A stretch of DNA of 62,040 bases, counting the filler, from Sphacelaria rigidula (lineage: Eukaryota), in the NCBI GenBank assembly GCA_964200075.2. It is 7 parts of 7 records of this genome, joined end to end, with 100 filler letters (N's around TTAATTAATTAA, not from the genome) between each part and the next. Parts side by side here need not be neighbours in the genome. Positions count along the whole stretch, not along the records: positions 35,511 to 44,287 come from CAXNAA020010130.1; positions 44,388 to 53,164 come from CAXNAA020010131.1; 5 more parts are not named here. One strand, 5' to 3'. Position 1 is the first letter of the stretch. The number at the start of each line of letters is the position of its first letter. Positions 35,869 to 49,167 of this stretch are shown here, piece by piece. The position numbers were made by a program, and so were the translations under genes. The notes below the pieces were generated by a model. The model did not search any database and was not told the DNA's origin. It saw only the letters and a program-made list of their open reading frames with translations.

Positions 35869-37590
35869 CTGAAACAATTCAATTCCCGCCCCAAAATACA
35901 AGGCGGGTAAACATGAAACAGAACAGAAATGGCACGGGCAACGCGGTCAGGAGAAGTTGATGGGCAAATAGAGTGAGAGTGTGATGAGTGATGTAGAACA
36001 GCCACACCGTGAGGTGTAGAACAACGTACCACCTTTGGCTGCTTCATTTTCAAGTGTGGCTGGTCGATATGGGCGTATGAGTCTCTAAACAGCTTTCATC
36101 GAGTTGGGTCAGCGGTCTACATAGATGAAACAAACTGAATACTATTTTCCAGCTTGACAGGATTGTGCTTAGCAGGGTTTGGACGGATATGCTGCATACC
36201 TGACGGCGGTCTGCGGCATGGCATAGTGCAATGTGTGCACCGAGCGTCACAACGAGACTATATACTTGTAGACACGGGCTGTTGGAACTCTCGAATGACC
36301 CGCAAAAAATAAAAACTCGAGAAACAGCTCTCGAAAATCGCGCGCGAGGTTGATGTCGGCTCATGTTTGTTCGACTCATGCCAGCCAGACGAACTGTAAC
36401 GCACACAAAGTGCCGGCGAACACAAATAGATCGCTCCTGTCTCCAGCCTCCTAGAGCTGGGATGTGTAATCAGGCAAGAATTTGGCCAACGTTTGATATT
36501 TAGCACGTCAACGCATCGTTTTTTCTTTCCCAAACCCGAAAACAACCAATATGTTTGATTTACCCCTTTGACTGCGAACGTCGCGTCGGAATAGTTTCAG
36601 CGGCTAACATTCCAGGGACATCCGGGGGTTTCGGGGGGCGGGGTGGTAGTTTTTGACACGGGGTGGGGGCTTGGTCGCAGACCAATCGAAAAGTTCACCG
36701 AGTCAACCATGTGTGTTTGGAAGTTTTCCACGGAAAATTCGAAGCCAGGAACGAAGCCTGAGAGGAGTGGAGTGGAGTGGCCACTTTGAGAGCTGTGATT
36801 GGTCAGAATGGTCAGCATGCCGCAACCCAGACGGATCGTTGCGGTACAGCTGGGGACCTGGTTACGAGAGAGATCCTCCAACCCCATAGTGTGGGAGCTT
36901 GACTTGAACTCGTTGTCCATCCACTCCGGTTTGGACGAAAGATCCCCTGCTTTGCTATTCCGAAATACAAGTGGGCTACCTCAGCCCCTTTGGCGCCCAT
37001 GCGCCAGCAGGTTGTTTTTATGTTTTGTTCCCGCCGGGGGTTCGGAATCATTGTTTCGACGGAGTAGGCAGCGCCTTCATGTCGACAAGATCGACTCGGC
37101 CCGGCCGGCCCGATAACCCATAGACACGCACATATGGTGCCGTCTCCTGGTCATGCTTGCACACCAGTGGATACTCTTGCATGTCTGCTGTTGCAAGCGT
37201 CAACGCCAACGCTAGCGGGGTAAGAGCGCGTGCAGGGCACAGCCATCCTGTTCTCTACAGGCGTTGCACGAGCACCTTCTGGACTGCAACAAAACACCAA
37301 CTTGGCTGCTCAGTCATTTCAGGCTGCTGCAATACTGTTGGTCGAAGAAAAAAGTAGACGAATATGGTTTTCCGCCCGAGCGTTATGCCACGATTTTCCT
37401 CGTCTACAATAATGCCATCGTCCACAGGAGAGTCAATAGCTGCAGCAGACCGCGAGCGCTTACACGTGTGAGTTCAAACCTAGACATAGCCACCTTCGAC
37501 TTGAACCGGCCCCCCTCACGAGGGGAGTCGGACACCGGTTCAGCCCGGCATACTCCTGACCTTTGGTTGTGACGGGCAACACAGTCGCAC

Positions 37591-37749
37591 CTTAAGCAGG
37601 GTCGATTTTCCACAGCCGTTGATCCCCACTAGCCCAAGCTTTTGTCCCTTGCACACGGTCAGGGCAATGTCTTCGAATTGAAACCGCTCGCCGTCGAACG
37701 TGTTGCTGAGGCCTTCGGCAATAAGCAGCTGTTGTGTGCCAGTTACCAC
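37591..37749 (-). CDS. ABC-F family ATPase, exon 2
   Basis: cgcAG / GTGCGA sites, 159 nt; GQKLGLVGINGCGKSTLLK Walker A typical of ABC-F/Uup-like proteins. Confidence 0.92.
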
Positions 37750-38753
37750 CTGCGGGGGAAAATGCAACAGACGGAAACGGCGAAACAAACACACCGCGCT
37801 TTTAACGGGGTGCCACAGTAGGTCTGTAACTAGGGCAGGTATCATCTGTCAGCGGTGTATCAGAAGCGTTCCTTGTGTGCGGTCGGTGAGTATGACAACA
37901 GTTACGTTCACGCCGGAAAAAATCAGAAATACTTCCTTACTTGAACAACTTGACAGCCGCAAAAAAGAGCGAAACTCGCGAAGTGAAGAGCGGGAAAATA
38001 TCAACCTTTGTTGAAAGGTTGTGTTCACCACCCCACCCTCCCACCCAAAAATTTCCGTATGAACCCTCCTGCGTCGGCCAGCCTTCCCTCGATTTCATTA
38101 CAACTCCGACCGTACCCTCGTACATCATTGTAGTGCGTACAGGGGCAGCTGTATGCGGGAGCAGAGCCGACAACCACCAACAATTGGCAGCGAAGTGACC
38201 GGAAAAGGAGGGCTCGACGACCACGGGGCGGTGTGGATGTGCAGTCTCTTCGTTCCGGATTTGGAACGGACAGCCGCACTACTGACGGGTCGGCACTGAG
38301 CCCTCGATGGCTGACAACAGTAGTTGAGTGGCTTGCTGAACAGGCACGTGTTTTTATCTTGCGTCGCCATTGCAGATTAATTCGTATCATCCGTGAAGCG
38401 TTTCTAACATCCCACGAAGCTGTGGGCGGTCACTCTCTATTCCGATGGCACCCGTTGTAAGCATCGGCTGGACGGGTGGCGAAACGATACTCGTCCTGAA
38501 GATACAGTGGTGGCCCAGCGACTGATCTTTCCCTGGACATGAAAAAAAATCAGGTCCACAATTGTCTGTGCTCGACCTCCAGAACTAGGGTGAGCTTTAT
38601 CACCTGTTCTTTCCGTAAGGGGTTTCGATTCCTTGCTTACTGACGTTTACCGCGGGCAGTGTGCTTCTTTCGGTCGTTGTGCTGTCTGGATCCCGAGCAC
38701 TGGCGGTCTCGCGCACCGACGTCTACCCCACGCGGCCTTGATGACTACGCCTA

Positions 38754-39660
38754 TACCCGGTAGGATCATGTGACGTACTGTCGTAGTTTCAGATATTCGT
38801 CTCTTATTGTCACATGCATGACTAGTTTAGAGATACATACGATATGACAACAAGAAACTGTCCTCTTTCCCGCAAAACTGTATTTTTTTCGTCATAACAA
38901 GTCATTTTCAATTGTTAGATAATGACAAAGTATTACTATTTTCCCCGGTACATCTACACGAAAGTGTCATCGTTTCATATAGTCACATTCCTCCTCATAT
39001 ATGACACTCTGAGATATTCATGTGACGATACGACAGTGTCAAAACATCACACAAAACTGTCATGGTTTTGCCATCAAGAAAAGTCGAGTAACCAGGAAGT
39101 CATGAGCGATAAATCACCTTCGTAAGCGCCAACAGTTCAGATGTTCGAAAAGTGTTGGCATGGTCCTGCATGTGGGTGTGTTGGGTGTGTGTTGTCGTCC
39201 CATCTATTCTGGACACCGGTCTACACCTTTCGGTATGTGTGGGCGCACCATCCGGGGTCACACGGGAGGAAGGTCAACACGGGAGTTTTTTTTTTCGTTT
39301 TTGTTTTTAGTACCCCACCTTCCTTCTGCGGCGCTTGCCTTTTTATTTTTCATCGCGAGAGGGGTTCAGCCATCCCTTTCCCTCGTCGACCGGGAAGTCG
39401 AATTTTGTGTACTCACGACGTCGTCGCTCTCCTCTGTGGGGAATGGTAAAAAATCCCATATCACTCCGAGATTCGCACCCACGACCCAACCACCAGAAGG
39501 TTTCGAGGTTACCAATTGAGCCACCAGGGCGACCGGCGTGCATCTGTGAAATAAGTAGAAAATGTTGCGTCATGAATCCATTTTTCGCCATATTTGCGTC
39601 ATGTATCGAACTTTGCGTTATCATATTTATACCATACATTACCCCTCACTAGTTGTCACA
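38754..39660. repeat. TGTCA/TGACA-motif-rich element interrupted by a SINE
   Basis: Dense GTCA/TGAC motifs at 38765-39110 and again at 39565-39660; termini unresolved. Confidence 0.35.
39171..39537 (-). mobile_element. Full-length tRNA-derived SINE with (CA)-rich tail, intronic
   Basis: Minus strand GCCGGTCGCCCTGGTGGCTCAATTGG (A-box) and GGTGCGAATC (degenerate B-box); homologous to copies at 51258 and 26634. Confidence 0.88.
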
Positions 39661-39678
39661 CTGATGGAGGCTAGTTAA

Positions 39679-39978
39679 CCGGCGTTGGACTACAAATATC
39701 CATGGTTGACACATTCTACAAGTATTGCCACCCCTAACCCTAACCCCAACTCAACGCATACCAAGAACCCTCGGGCAAGGGCGGCGCATGGCATTTCCTG
39801 GGTAAAGTTTGGTCTTGGTAGACCCCAAATCGGCGCCTGTAGCGCCGATTTAAACGAAAACGTGTTCTGCGCACGTCAGGAGCACACAGGATCGTCAGCC
39901 CTACTATAGATCCGATCCTCATTGTACAGACTCAAATAAAGTAATGTGTCAACCATGAACATTGTAGCCCAACGAAGG
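39679..39978. mobile_element. MITE, possibly piggyBac-type, with CCCTAA units
   Basis: ~38-bp TIRs (cgttggactacaa..catggttgacacatt / aatgtgtcaaccatg..ttgtagcccaacg); flanks TTAA|CC..GG|TAAA. Confidence 0.7.
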
Positions 39979-40673
39979 TAAACTCTGCTACAATCTTGTC
40001 ACATCTCAACTTTTCGCGCCATATGACTAAAAACGTGCTGTGCCATATATCTTGGATTCAAATGGTCCTACTGGCCAAATGTCTAATGATTGTATCGAAC
40101 GTGTTCACTTCTTGAACGTGTAGCGAGTCTCAGCCAATAAGAAATTCTTCCGTTTTCATGAAAAAAACGATTTCCCGCAAAGGAAAAGCCCGTCGCTCTA
40201 CAGCAGTACCGTACGGATGGTGGATGTCCGCTAGATAGGTCCGACGACATGGCAGCGTAAGTGTAAGTTCCGTACTGTTCTGCGCACTATCGCGCCCCCA
40301 GCCCGGACGTGACGGCGAACATTTGAAAGGAATACAGTATATGGAAAGGTTGGCACCTGGCTTGTGTTGGATTGTAAGCTAACTATTGAGTACCTTTCTA
40401 TCGGCCAGTCATTTCCGCACTGAGATTCTTGGTATCCGTTCACTCTTGCTAGCGGCCTGTCGCTTGGATCGAGTTTGTTCCATAAGGTCTTTCGGCGGGG
40501 CAGCATTTTTATTACGGAGCAATCACGCGGCTGGAGAACTTGTCACCATGGGGGTGGTATACCACGTCACGTACATACACTGTGTGTACCGTACGGCTAC
40601 CCGCTGCTGAAGAACTTCAATTTTCAACTCGCATGTGTCACGTGTAACCGTGTACTGTTGTAGACATATATAC

Positions 40674-40988
40674 CTTGGCAGCAGCACGGGCAGCAATGGC
40701 CTCCGCCTCATCAATTGTCGACATAGCTATAGCAACACCACCAACAGAACGTCGCTTTCCCCTGACTCCAACATCGCCATACGACCGCCGTGAGCAGCCT
40801 AGCCTTCTCCCCCCACAACGACGATGCCTTGGGAAGCTCATGATACTTGATGTACCCGCACGGCTGCCTTGGCGTGGACCAGTCAGGACGAATGATACAG
40901 CACCACCGGGACCATCAACACTAAATACTATAAGGCAGAGAGCTATCGCTATCGGGGAAAGTCGACCGACACGTGCTGGACTCATCAT
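40674..40988 (-). CDS. ABC-F family ATPase, exon 1 (signal peptide plus plastid transit peptide)
   Basis: ATG start, hydrophobic IAIALCLIVFSV, AVS-FVL cleavage motif, R/S/G-rich transit region, AAG|GTATAT donor in phase 0 with exon 2. Confidence 0.75.
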
Positions 40989-43231
40989 GTCGCCGGCACA
41001 TGTATTGTGTAACAGATACGTTGCGCGGAGGGAGGAACGGCGCAGCGGCGCAGGTAGAAATTTTATTTTTTACCACCCTCTCAACTAAAGGTACCTGCTT
41101 TTGCGTTTCGGACGCCGACAGCATAAGGGAGTGTATGGCGATGCATTGGCGATGAGTATGGTTTCAAATTCTCTGTAGGTGCGTGATGAAAGAAGTTTGA
41201 CCCGAATTCCGACATCGCAGCTCATCCATGATCGGTGTAAAACTTTGGTGGAAAATGGCATCCTTGGGTACAATAATGGGAAAAGGCGATGTACAGAGAC
41301 AATCTATATCGCCGATATACGAAAGATCCGTTTGGATACTGGAGGATTGACAGTGAAGCAGGAAAGCTGTATCAACGCCGGCACAAGAAGCATCGCCACC
41401 GACAACATCACGACGGACCGCGCGATCTCGTATCGTCGTGAAGATTATCTCATCATTATCCCTTCATGGAGTCCCAAGAACGAGATGACCAGGAGCCCGT
41501 CAATGCCCCCAAAATCGATGCGAGGTCGGTCTATGTTGCATACTTCGGTCCTCTGCCGACATCCTTTTCAGTGAACATGACCATGTTCGCCGGTGCAATT
41601 CATACCGTTGAATACTAACATAATCGCTGGTTAGTACAGAAAGAGGGTATGGCGATATCATAACAGTGCGTTGCGCTGCGATGTACGCATGGACGGCCTG
41701 CATACATCGTGTTTGCTTGGGAGCACATGTCGGGCAACCAACTCATGAGTTAACGCAGTAATGTGGTGTAACTCATCCAGTGGGAAAGGTGTCGCTGAGT
41801 AATACGGAGTACGCTATAAGTCAGCCAGTGGAAGAAGCTCAAGCTGAGGAAGTCAAGTTCTTATCCAAGGGGATAATCCCCTTTCCAATATTCCCCATTG
41901 GAAAAAATATGGTTATTGATCGCTGCGATACCACCCGCTCTTCCCCCCCTGCCCCCCTCCAAAAGTGCACCAGAATCCCACTTGCAAAAGGGACCTCAGG
42001 AAGTAAACCCTTCAGAAGTCCCTTTTGCAAAGGGAGTGCCGTGTACACCCCGAACGAGAACATTGATTCTCGTTGACAAGGGCTCACGTAAAAGCTTTCC
42101 ACATAACCCAACACAATCAGAGGTGAACCTGAGGGACGCCTTCCCCCTGCAACCCAAACACACACTGCTCATGGTGTAGCTGCTCATCAGCTTAGCATGC
42201 TGTGCGTGACTTTGCTCGAATCTGTTGATGATTCAATGATAAATAATGATTTGTGCGATACGCGCGCGCAGCACACGCACACACACGGTCAGCAACGGCA
42301 CGTTTTCGATTGTCATTTGACACGCACGCGATCGCCTGTCCTCCGATACGGAACGGATTTTTGTCAAACAAATAAGGCCGCCGTTTGTAGATTAGCAAGC
42401 AATAGCGCTGGAGTTAATGTGCATGGGTGGTGAGTGTCTGTGCATCTTTTTTCGGGGCTCGGTGTGTAGGTGTTGTGTGGCCTCGTTGCGTCTTGTCTGC
42501 AGCCGTACACAGATGTTGGACTAGCAGCTACTTCCAGAACCGCCGCATTGCTGAACCTGCGTGCAATATTGGCTTCAATTTGGACAAAAACTGATTCTGG
42601 GTGAGACTCAAACTGGCCGTTGTGGGGGTAGTCCCTTTTCCAAACGTGGGGGTAGTCCCTTTTCCAAACGTGGAGGCAGCCCCTTTTCCAAAAGGAACTT
42701 TTGGAAGTGAATTTCCTCTTCGATAAGAACCCGTCTCATACCATATAACTCGCCAGTGGGAAAATGTACCGCTGAGCAATACCATACAAAGTTGTCAGTC
42801 GGTGGAAATATGAAATATGCCCCGCTGAGTTTCACGAAAATGTGTCTACTCGAGTCAAGGTGAGTTGAGTTATCCGACATGTGCGAGCCTCCGCATTGGC
42901 GAAAAGCTTGCCACATACCCATCACGCGCAAGTCTCATGTTATTGTACTGTGTACAGAATGTACAATACAGGACGTTCACTGTCTGTGTGGAGGGTACGG
43001 TGCAATGAAAAAAATCGTACTATCTTCCGAGAGGATGCTTCTGTAGGGGGCGGGAACACGTACACAGTATGGTACGTACGTACGTGTGGGAAGTGACATG
43101 TGTTTGACAACACCGCATTGACAGCTGCGATCACATTGGCCGACCGTAAGGTCAGGTGTCCGCAGCAGTTGCGATGGAACGATCGGCGCGACTTGTCGTC
43201 CGTCGGCGGCACTTCCAACGCCTATGGCCGA

Positions 43232-43477
43232 GACTGTCGGGGGCACTTCCTATGAGTCTGGCCGACACCTCGCTGCCACAATTGTCGCCGACACTTGTTG
43301 CCGGCACTTGGGCGGTGTGCCTACCAGTTCCCGCTAGCGTGGTCGCCAGTTCTAGACTGTCGGCCGCAGGAACTATACGTCTGGTCGGTACCTGTCTGCC
43401 ACAGTTGTCGTCGACACTTGTTGACGTCACTCTGACGGTGCGATTGCCAGTTTCCACTAGCGTGGTCGCCAGTTCCC
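43232..43477. repeat. 123-bp tandem duplication
   Basis: gactgtcgg...ctagcgtggtcgccagttc occurs twice with a 123-bp period. Confidence 0.8.
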
Positions 43478-46400
43478 GTCAGTGTTGGCCGCAATGTAGC
43501 GGGTGCGGGTAATGCTCTTGTCGTGTCGTCTAACTCTTGCACGGTTTGGACGAATCATCGGCGGTTCGAATCACCAAATCCACGATTCCTTAGGCCCGAT
43601 TGCTCGAAAGTTAGAAAAAAAATCGACCGCTGATCAAGCAGGTCTCCACGCAACTTTTGCGCCATTCCACGTACCTGGGATGCGCGTACCTGGATTGCAA
43701 TGCTGAAAACAAAGCCTAAAGGGTGATCCGTACGGTACGAATCAATTACACTAAAAGCAAGTAATTTCCGGACGAATCATGAATTCGTCCGACCATTGAA
43801 CTTTTGATAACCATGCCATGTCAGAGCTATTAGCTATTTCAGATCGAAACCATCAGCTTTTTTTCTTTCTCAAATACCCCGTGACAATCACCGCAGTTCG
43901 TAGGGTGCGACGAATAGTTTTGTCCAATCCGTATATCGTCTGTTCGCACTGGCCCGCGACCCACTCTCGTCTACTCCCCGCTTGGCATCTATATATCCCG
44001 ATGTCTCTCCCGACCAATCATCCTACCCCCCGGCACACACTCGTGCGGCATTTACAGCAGTTGTGGCGGTCGGCGAAAACGTAAAACTCACGTCCGGACT
44101 TCCTCAACCCTAGCCCTAACCTCAACCCTACATCGGACCCTGACCATGGCCCTGACATCTCAGCCTGCACTAGCCTCTGCGTGGCCGTTTTCCCTGGAAT
44201 GTTGGGTGACAGATCTGCATCATCTCCAGGAGGGTGTACTCATGATCATGCATGCCATAGTCACAAGACCATTGACCTCGTATCCCTNNNNNNNNNNNNN
44301 NNNNNNNNNNNNNNNNNNNNNNNNNNNNNNNTTAATTAATTAANNNNNNNNNNNNNNNNNNNNNNNNNNNNNNNNNNNNNNNNNNNNCAGAAGAGCTGGG
44401 GAGTCCCTCAACAGCATTTAGACGCTGCAGTACTAGCAGACCTGCTAGCGTCACAGATGCCAAGTTCATCAGTGAGAAAATCCAAATACAAAATTTTCTC
44501 GCCGACCGCACTACTGTCGGGTGCGGCATCACAGGGCCCTAACGCCAAGATCTTCCAGGGGCCAGTCCAATTTAAGGGTTTTCGAGTTCAACACCTCATC
44601 CAACGACGACTTATTGGAGCGAGCCCCCTGAGTTACGGTCTTTACATCATTGTACACCTATGCTTATTGATTTACCTTACACACCGGACTGTTATTGACC
44701 GCATCATCTAGCACAGTGTTTGCCCTGGCTACTTTCGCTGCGTTATCTGGTTATGCTCGCGTACCACCTCATATGCTAGACAAAGACGATTACTAACAGA
44801 AATATGGTACTCCGCGATATCCCTATCCAAACTTTGATGGCCCCCATAAGGTTTCCGCTCGGACACCGTCAGTGACAATCTGGGCATGCGACCAAAATGA
44901 ACTTGATTGGGAGCCAATCCCGTTGCGGCATTGACTGAATTGTTGTAGTTCATCTGAATAAGGGGCAACTGCAAGTCCCAGTTCGTTTGTCGTTCGTCGG
45001 TTACCGTTGCAAGCATTTGAGCCATCATATGGTTCACTCGTTCGGTCCCACCGTTTGTGGACGGATGGTATGAGCTTGTAAAAATACGATGGGCACCCAG
45101 GAGGTTACTGATCGCATCATAAAGCTTGCCGGCGAAATGCGGGCCGTTATCGGATAACAATCGTTTGGGCACACCCCATTGCGGAATATACGTGTATACA
45201 AGAACGTTGGCGGTACCTTCCGCGTTATAGCTGCATCACCGCATGGCGACTAAATCTATCTGTGAATAACAAAATATACTTATGACCACTATCCGTCAGA
45301 GGCAAGGGGCCAAAATAGTCCTTCGAAACTACTCCACCAGGCCCGTTTGGGAGTGGCATGGAAACAATCGGCCAACGAACTGTCTGACGTGAAATTTTCC
45401 GCGCCTGATACAAAAGACAACGCCTCACCCACCAACGCACACACTGGTCCATACAACTCCATCAATAAAAACGCTCAAGCATCTGGGAGGTCCGAAGAAC
45501 TCCCAGATGTGTCGATGCTTGTGAATGACACTCATGGAGAACCCATGGGCGCAGCAGCATCGGCACATAAATTCGTGTGGGGTCATCACCTAACGAGCAG
45601 GCGTGTTTACTGGTAGGTTTACCCACACGAAAAGGCACTGTGGGCCGGCGAACTAAGAGAACGACACCATCGTCATCCGTATAAAGCATACCTTCCCGCG
45701 ATAGTTCAGCAACTTCATCCTGTGTGGGGGCTTTGTGGTTCCCAACGGGCAAGAGGAATTCGGTTGCTGGAAAAGGAGATGAACAACCTTTGGATAGATA
45801 ATTCATAGCCGCTCTACAAGCAGATTCAGCTTGTTGTTCTCTGGCCCAACCGGCGTGGGAAAGAAGGGCCAAACGTTCCTCAAATACACTATCCGACGGG
45901 TTTTCCAAACTGAAAGGGTTCGTGTCACGGTGGTGTTGACTCGAACCGAGGATATTTGGATCATGCGCGGGGGAATCAGTTAGTGTACTCTCAAGCGGAA
46001 CATTGTCTCCGAATCCTACGTCGACTAGCTCATCGGATGATGAGGCATCAGTGGGTGCATCATCACCGGGGAAGGGGGGCAAAGCCGAAGCTTCGGATAT
46101 GGTAGGAAGGGGTGCCGGGGATGGAGTCGATCTTCTGGGGGTCTTGCGCCGCGGTGGGTAAGGGGGCGCAAGGAAAGTATCGGGCACAGGGATGGGGCTT
46201 GGGATAGGAAGGTCCGGGCCAGGGTGGCGGCCGTTTCGGCGGCCCGTCGTCCCCTGGTCCTACTTGAGGTGAGATTTCGCACCTGAACCGGGAGGACGAA
46301 ATCAGCACAAGACGGTTCTACATCTACAGCACAAATCATACGATGACCAGTTGCACGGAAAAGATCATACCCGCTCGGGTTTGTACTAACTCCATTCCAA

Positions 46401-46492
46401 ACTGAACACAACGATTGAGGTGGCATACTGCCTAGCACAGAAGCGTGAGCTGTAAACACGGGGTGTTACAAATTGAGAATGGATATTTTTTT

Positions 46493-46860
46493 GAGGATGA
46501 GAAACCCGGAGAATTACAATCTTTGTATCCACACCAAATCTTCGAAACATCGTTCCATTTCTTCACCTACTGATAACTATTGAAAACTGCTAGACGGCAT
46601 AGAAAATTGGATTTCGATTATCGAACTGTTGGGGTTCTAGGTGAAAAACAAATTTTGGGGAATTGCGGGTGTCCGAATGGACGCCAAAATGGTTCTGACA
46701 TTGGTTTTTCACCTGGGACCCCAACATTTCGGTGATCGAAATTCAAATTTCTGTGGGGTGTAGCAGTTTTCAATAGCTTTCAGTAGGGAAAGAAATGGAA
46801 CCAGATTTCGAAGATTTGGTGTGGATACGAAGATATTAATTCTCCGGGTTTATCATCCCC
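46493..46860. mobile_element. Foldback MITE family C inserted in Gypsy pol
   Basis: ~165-bp arms: gaggatgagaaacccggagaatta..gtatccacaccaaatcttcgaaa / tttcgaagatttggtgtggatac..taattctccgggtttatcatcccc. Confidence 0.9.
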
Positions 46861-48911
46861 AGTAAAAGATCCATCCCCAATTTGTAAGACCCCGTGTTTG
46901 TAGTCGTCAGCCCATCCATACCAAGTGACGAGTTGTTGTTCAGTGAGAGAGGTGTGTAGATACCACTGTGACCGTTTCTGCTGATGAATGATACAATGTC
47001 CTCGGTGGGATCCGTGATGCGTTCCAAGGCGGAGCTGTCGATGGGTTGGGCTGGAATGGGCAAGCGAGACAGAAAATCAGCGTTTGCGTTTTGAGGTCCT
47101 GCTCGATACTTCAGCGTGAAGTTGTAAGAAGGCAGTATTTCAAACCAGCGTTGGGCCCGGGCGTTGTGTTCCGCCATTTTGGCGAGGTTTTCCGAAGACT
47201 TATGATCTGTATATATCACGAACGGAATGTCATACAAGTACTGACGGAGACGTCGCACTCCCCAAACTATCGCACCGGCCTCTTACTCCATGACCGACCA
47301 GTTATGTTCGTTTGGGTTGGTGGTTCGACTCGAATATACAATGGGGCGAATATTAGTATCTGATTGTTCCTTCTCCAAGGTGACAAATATAGAGGAATCC
47401 CTGTGAAGTCGGAACGGACGTGAACCATTTTCTGCGGCCGACCAGTCTGGGAAACCCAAGAGTGATGGTCGCGAAAGTGTGTCAAGCAGTTGACGTACTG
47501 TTTTCTTCATTCCCGACGTAAACGCGAATTTCACTCCTTATTTACTTCAGGAGAGAGGTGAGAGGTTTCAAGATTTGGGCTAGGTTCGGCAGATACTGTC
47601 GGTAGTGGCTCAAACCGCCGAGCAAGGAGCGCAGTTGAGATGTATCCCGTGGCATGGGCACATCTTCAAGTCCGGCAACCTTGTTGAGGTTCGGACTACG
47701 ACCATCAGGAGTGATACAGTGGCCCAGGAATTCGATGCTAGTCGCTCCAACGCGGGATTTGGACGGGGCAAGTTTCAAGCTGTGCTGATCGAAGAGAGCG
47801 GAGAAAGACGCCAAGTGCTCGACATGTTCGGAAGTGTGCCACCGTGTATTACCACATCGTCAGGGTACACATGGCACATGGAGAAGCCATCACTCACCAA
47901 AAACATCACATGTTAAAAGGCCCCGGGGGTGCCGGCTGTACCTCGTGGCATTACCAGCCATTCGTAAGCCTGACGGTGTACAACACGCCGTCAGCTCTTT
48001 AGATTGCGGGTCCATCACAAGTTAGTGGTAAGCTGACGCACTAGTTTTGTTAGGAAGGGAGGCATCATCCATGATTGCAGTTCCGCTGAATAGATCGGAT
48101 CCAAATTCTGGCAAGAAATCTGTAGACAAACAGTGCTTGTGATTTTGAGCAGCTGCGCTGAAATACACACGTAGATGATCCTTCTGAGCAAGATTTCTGT
48201 CCGAAGGTAGGGTTGGGGCACGGAGTGTCGGTCGTAGTTGGTGAAGGATCTGTCGAGTGCTGAATTTCGTGTACTGTGAAGAATGGACGATGCCTGGGAA
48301 GGGCAGTTATCGTGGCTGGCCGCGACAACTGGTGGGGTTGGATTGAAAGACCTCGGTCGGCTGCAACAAGTAGCGAAGCGTCTCTTTGCAAAGCTGGCGA
48401 AGGTACAGAATGAAGGGCGAACGGTGATTTGGCTACAGTAGTCAATTCGCTACCCGTCTTAGTCAGGGACAAAAATGGTCAATTAGGGGACGAGCGGTCA
48501 AGCGTGGACGGCTCGTCGGTCACCACGCTATGTTTTTCTTGTGGTGAAGACTCAGACGGGGGGGGTTTCATGACAAGTAGACGAACGCTCAATCAGCAGC
48601 GAGGTATCTGACCCAAAATATGACAACGCTATTCTAGTGGTGGGTTCTAACATAATATGTGAGGGATCGCCAGGGAGCAGTGTTGATCTGTTCGAAATCT
48701 GGGAAACATCGGCCTGGTCGACAGGATCGTCTTCATCTAATGAAACCCACACCCGTTCATGACTTCGGTAGACGGGTGCAACTGCGTCATCAGGGATATC
48801 TACAGGATCATCCGGAGGAGCCCGCCGAGGGTGACGCGTATAGCACACCAAAGGTTCCGCTGCTCCGGGGGCTATTGGGAATTGGTGAAGGACAGTCCGC
48901 CCTCGGTCACG

Positions 48912-49167
48912 GAGCAATACTACGGTAGGGGTGCACTTTTTTCGCGAATTTTTGTCTAGTTCAGGGGCTCCTAACGCTTCTAGACGCACAATAATATGGG
49001 CCAGGGCATCCCTGTTTGCAGATTTATTCGGAATATGCACAGCAAATTGGAATGGTAATCCTGGCGTACTCTCGCATATTTTAATAAGCCGTGTTTTGGA
49101 TGAGATAAGGAGCTCCTAACAACTCTAACCTCAGAAATATTTCTGTACCCCTAACGTAGCATCACTC
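48912..49167 (-). mobile_element. MITE family A copy 3, TSD CACG
   Basis: Reverse-oriented copy; CACG immediately on both sides. Confidence 0.93.

Noticed and set aside
39460..39537. tRNA gene
   Set aside because: A/B boxes are present but there is no full cloverleaf; it is the head of a multi-copy SINE.
41179..41574. Divergent gene upstream of ABC-F
   Set aside because: The ORF lacks an early ATG, has no recognisable motif and no convincing exon chain.
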